Positions 1-64,000 of a DNA stretch of 64,000 nucleotides are shown here, one piece after another. Position 1 is the first letter of the stretch. Each line of letters begins with the position of its first letter. The stretch is from positions 4,652,001 through 4,716,000 of the forward strand of contig NC_087252.1 in NCBI RefSeq assembly GCF_037042905.1. The letters run 5' to 3'. Source of the stretch: Lytechinus pictus (lineage: Eukaryota). The translations under genes and the position numbers were made by a program. Below the pieces are notes generated by a model that had not been told where the DNA came from, did not search any database, and worked only from the letters and a program-made list of their open reading frames with translations.

Positions 1-360
1 CATGTATTTACCAATGATAATTTTGTGGGCGGGGCAAAATATTCATGGACGGTTTTCATAGGCATACACGTTAAAAATCAGTTTTTAATATTTTGTCTCT
101 TTGAAACAACCTTGTAAGACGTCAAAAAATATCTGCGCCTCTAAAACCCTACATCTAAATAATAATTAACCATATTTTTTGCAATAAATAAGAATTGAGA
201 GATAATGCAGGTTTTTTTTTTTCAAGGATTATTTTCTTTCAAGTCCTGTGCAACTTTCGCTAAAAAAAAACGAGATGCCTGGGCACACTTAAGCACATGT
301 AAGCTTGTATGAATAGTCAGATTTTGAAACCCGTTTATAATTTCTCTAAATATAACATAC

Positions 361-59685
<59,325 letters not shown>

Positions 59686-62600
59686 CTACAAATATCAAAC
59701 AAAGGTTAAAATACAGGTTTTAATGATAAAATACTCAAAGTTAAGATAGAAAATCACAAATATCACTCTTGATTTATCATTATGTTGCTACTTTTTATTG
59801 TGTTTTCATCTACATATATATTGTGATCATATGCTGTACACACTCATGTATTTACAACTGCAATTAAACATCTTATCTACTACAAGAACAGGAGGTTAAA
59901 AGTCTAAGGGAGTTACATAACTCATCTGGAATATCACATATTATAAACATCACTTCAGGAAGCCCTGATTTTGATGAAGGGATATCGTGACTCTTTTACG
60001 GTCTATTCAAGTCAAGGGTGGTTTGAAACAACATTATCTCTTCATAGGTAATTATATATCTTTGAGCTCAAATCCACAATTATTTCACAGATAATTTTGA
60101 TGTTCATAGGAACATAACTAATAAGAATGAAAAAAATACTTCAAAGCATTTTTTCAAACTTTAATCTGATTTGGTTTTGTTTGTTGCTTTTTTTTCTGAA
60201 TTTTTTTACTCTAACATGGTATAGGGTCAAATAATGTTAAAGCAACTGATTCTCTCTTCATGTTAGCCACTGTGATTCAATCATGTTGAAAGGGTTGAAA
60301 GATTTACTTGTTTCAATTAGGTATTTAAACAGAAATACTACATATGCAGTAAATGTGGGAGACAAACACAATTTAGAACACAAATTATGCTTTTAATCCA
60401 CTAAACACAAAATATACATTTAATAGATTAAGCACCTTACATCCCATTAATAAAGCATCAACACAAGTGCACAAGACATATCAAAGACGTACAAAAAAGG
60501 TGATAATGCAACAAACAGTAAACATATTCTACAAATGACTTGCGACAGAAATCTATTTATTGACACAAGCTACAATGTCAGAAAAGGTCATACGACCTTC
60601 TCCAATCAGCTACCTAATGGCATAACCTTTGACCTCTCTGTGGGGCAAAGCACCACAAGAGAATTACAAAGTCATGGTGTACAAATTTCAAGCACCTAGT
60701 CTACATAATCAGACTGTCTACATTTTGCAATTTATTTCTATGAATTTATTACTAGATGAAGCAGAGTTATAAGCCCTAGCCTTTCCAACTGACTATCAAT
60801 ATCCATTTGCCCCATACCTCTCCATCCCTCCCCCCCCCAAAAAAAAAAAAGGTCGACAAGTAATAACAGACTAAAATTTGACACTTCAACACATTATTCC
60901 ATATCTTTATCAAGGTTGGAGACTAGACTCTAAATCATGTCTGTGTCAAAGCAGCCATAGTACATTAGAGAAACTAGTCTCTTACTTCAGACTCTGCATT
61001 ATACATTAAGTAAAAATCTGCAGACTACATCCCCCATTTCCTTCTCCCTGTCCAAAATTCTATGTAAATAAGATAAACATGAAAAATTATTCAAAAAATA
61101 CAAATAAAAGCCTTGTTGTAATCATGGTTCAAGCTCAAGTGATTATAAATCCCACATATCGCCTCATCCACTGTCATCCCCGTATCCCCCACCCCTTCCC
61201 CTCCCTCCCTCTCTCTCTGTGTTTATGAGATGCTCGTCGTTCCAGTCCAAGTCCTAATTCAGATGCAAATGATCACCCATGCAGCGAAGCAAAACTCCAT
61301 TTTAAATACTACTTACTCCTGCAACTGAAACAGGGGTAACCTACTATATATACATCACTAGAGATGCTTGAATGTATTCTGTTCAGTAATTTAATCGAAC
61401 CTAAGAAATAAATTTCATCACATTTTGCAGAGTCACTAATTATTTTTATGTACATGTATGAAGTATGTAGGTTTTAATACTTATTTTCTTCTCTTTTTTT
61501 GAGAACCCAAACCTAATTTCAATATCAATCCAATTTGCTCAAAATGTATAAGTACACATAATTCTAGCAATGTTCCTATGGCTTTCACTACATGAAATTA
61601 TACCCAAGCTAATTATTGACTGCTTTTCACCTAGACATTTCGATTTTGCAATAAGTATACCTTTACATTTGCAACGAGTATACCAATTAAATTTGCATAT
61701 TTTGCATTTTTAACACATTTCAATTCCACTAATTTGAGAAAATTTTATTGACATAACACACACACACAAAACAAAAACTGTAAAGCAAAACAAAGATAAT
61801 TCTTCTCAAATAACTTCTTTTAGAAAATGAAAATGTCATATTCATTTCTATATGACATTAACAAGGAAATTGTAAAAAAAATGCCAATATGAGTTGAAAA
61901 TTATGAGTAGTAAAATGAAATATAAAAACTGTCGTTTATTTCTTGATTTTTTTAATCATAGCATAATTCGGTTTTAACAAATGATTTTTAAAAATGATAT
62001 AATTCCACTATACAAATGGAAACAAGAGAAAAGAATAAAAAAAAGAATGAATAAAACTGTCGCATACACAGCTGATTTTATGAAGAAAATGCTGTGAACT
62101 TCACTCATTTTTAGAGAGTGAAAGTCAAAGTGAAAGTCGAACTGATAGTGTACATAACCAGAATGTCAACAAATGATCTGATTACATATTTTGCCTGTCA
62201 AAAGGAACATTTGGAGAGGAAATGGAAGAAAAGGACTTTTAATTCTACTAAACGGAAATAAAGAATTGGCAAAAGAATTTATGAATAACTGGGTGATATA
62301 TTACTAAAAACATCGAACCTAAAAGCATTAAATCTTAAAAAGCAGAGAGAAACAATGAATAGTCTACACAAAACACACAACTCTTAAGAATATTATCATC
62401 ACTGTTGAGGGTTGATATTTTTTTAATACATGTATCTTCAAATGAATTATTATTTAAAGTTTAACAGAAGCAGTCTTTATGATGTTATTTTTTTTTTCTT
62501 TATCTCTTTTTAAGACTTGCAAAAAAGCAAATTATTACAATAATTTTCTCTATCAATTTTAATTGTTTCCGCATTCACTAGTGCTGCACATGAACTAAAA

Positions 62601-62977
62601 GCAGATTATCAACACATAATTTTACACGAGAATTGAATGTGAACAACAATTTCCAGAAGCACGATTTTCCTATTCTTCTCTTTATACAGAATGAATATAG
62701 GGTTTAATCAGATGTTATGCCAATCGCATTTAACCATCGCATTCTCCCTATAGCTTTTAAAAGCTGTTTCTTTCTTTCCTCTAATACTCAATCATACCAC
62801 AAAGACCGCAATTATAATTTTCTGCATTAAAAAGTATTCAATACATTTACAGGTGCATGTTGATGTATAAACAAAGCAAACCATAAACGATAACTGTGCA
62901 CTACTACATCTTACGTGTACAAGGCACAGTATTTTCAAAGAATATAATGAAATCCACATTATGCTATATGCTTCTAA

Positions 62978-63818
62978 GGCTGTGTTTATGCTTCCACTTT
63001 TCAGGCCAGAATCAGCGTTTCCAAACGTGATTAGTCCAAAACACCGTTGCGTCCATGCTTACTTTCATTTAAACGCTGTTTCAAAACACCGATCGTAAAC
63101 TCACAAAAAGGTGCGTTTGTAAACGTCGTTTGACCAGAATCAGGCTTTCTGGGGAAGTATAAACAGAACCACGATCGTAAACGTGTTTAAATGACGTCAT
63201 TTGGTACATGATTCCGGTGAGATGAAAATCCGCGGGCAAATACAGTCGCATTGCTCCATGGTCGCATGTTACCTCAATTACCTCTCATCTCCCTTGTTTT
63301 GCATTAGTATTATTACTAGTATTACTCTTCCAATTTGTCATCACGATGAACGTTGAGGGATTTACACCAAAAAAAACCCTGGAACATGAGTTATAATGAG
63401 TAGACATCGCAAGATGCCCCAGTAGCATAAACAAATAGATATTTTATTATTTTGTATACTTAATATTCTTTGGTTTTTTTTACTATTATCCTCACCATGG
63501 TGGAAATTATATGGCTATATCAAGAAGCTCCATGCAATTACTAAAATATCGGAAATTGTTCGATGTTTATATAACAGTCGACGTACCTTCCCCATTACAA
63601 CACTCGGAAAAAAAAAACTTTCAAAAAAGGGCGCGCCCAATTTGACCTCGCTTTCTTGCTCAACAAAAACTACGATGCGAAGCCAGCTGGAGATCGTGAT
63701 TTCGCCTCTGAAAAGTTAAGCATAAACAGCACTCCCAGAACCACGTTTACGATCGGCGTTTTGGATCGACGTTTGAAAACGCTGATTCTGTCCTCGCAAT
63801 GGAAGCATAAACACACCC
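62978..63818. mobile_element. PIF/Harbinger-type non-autonomous element
   Basis: TAA|ggctgtgtttatgcttcca...tggaagcataaacacaccc|TAA; extended IR agaatcagcgttt / aaacgctgattct. Confidence 0.88.
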
Positions 63819-64000
63819 TAAGAAGTATAGGTATTAAATGCTACAGGAAATTGTAACAAAAGGGAATACATAACAAATTTACAATTTTAACTGTTTCAAG
63901 TTACTGAAATCATTTGATTTGATTGGCCGATAGTGAACTAGTTATGGAAACTATACATTTGTTTATGAAAAGAGACCCAGATATATTATTTCTTAAGAGT

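Overview
This is AT-rich eukaryotic (animal) genomic DNA. The repeat landscape suggests an echinoderm such as a sea urchin, but that is inference. The window lies inside one minus-strand, multi-exon gene for an RH(RGS-like)-domain RhoGEF of the ARHGEF11/ARHGEF12 (PDZ-RhoGEF/LARG, fly RhoGEF2) family. About 19 exons could be spliced by hand into one open frame with GT-AG boundaries and matching phases. They encode a linker, the RH domain, a C1 zinc finger, the RSxSLK...RSRSDVDMD linker and the start of the DH domain. Both ends of the gene lie outside the window. The introns are packed with non-autonomous DNA transposons (PIF/Harbinger-type, TTAA/Kolobok-type, hAT-type), a Helentron-like element with an internal tandem array, SINE and LINE relics, and microsatellites. 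Most ORFs in the supplied track are spurious. I found no prokaryote-type system. The most interesting signals concern splicing: a duplicated KRSxSLK exon module, a tandem array that copies a splice donor, and candidate cassette or alternative first exons around the C1 domain and the RSRSDVDMD motif. There is also a three-level transposon nest.
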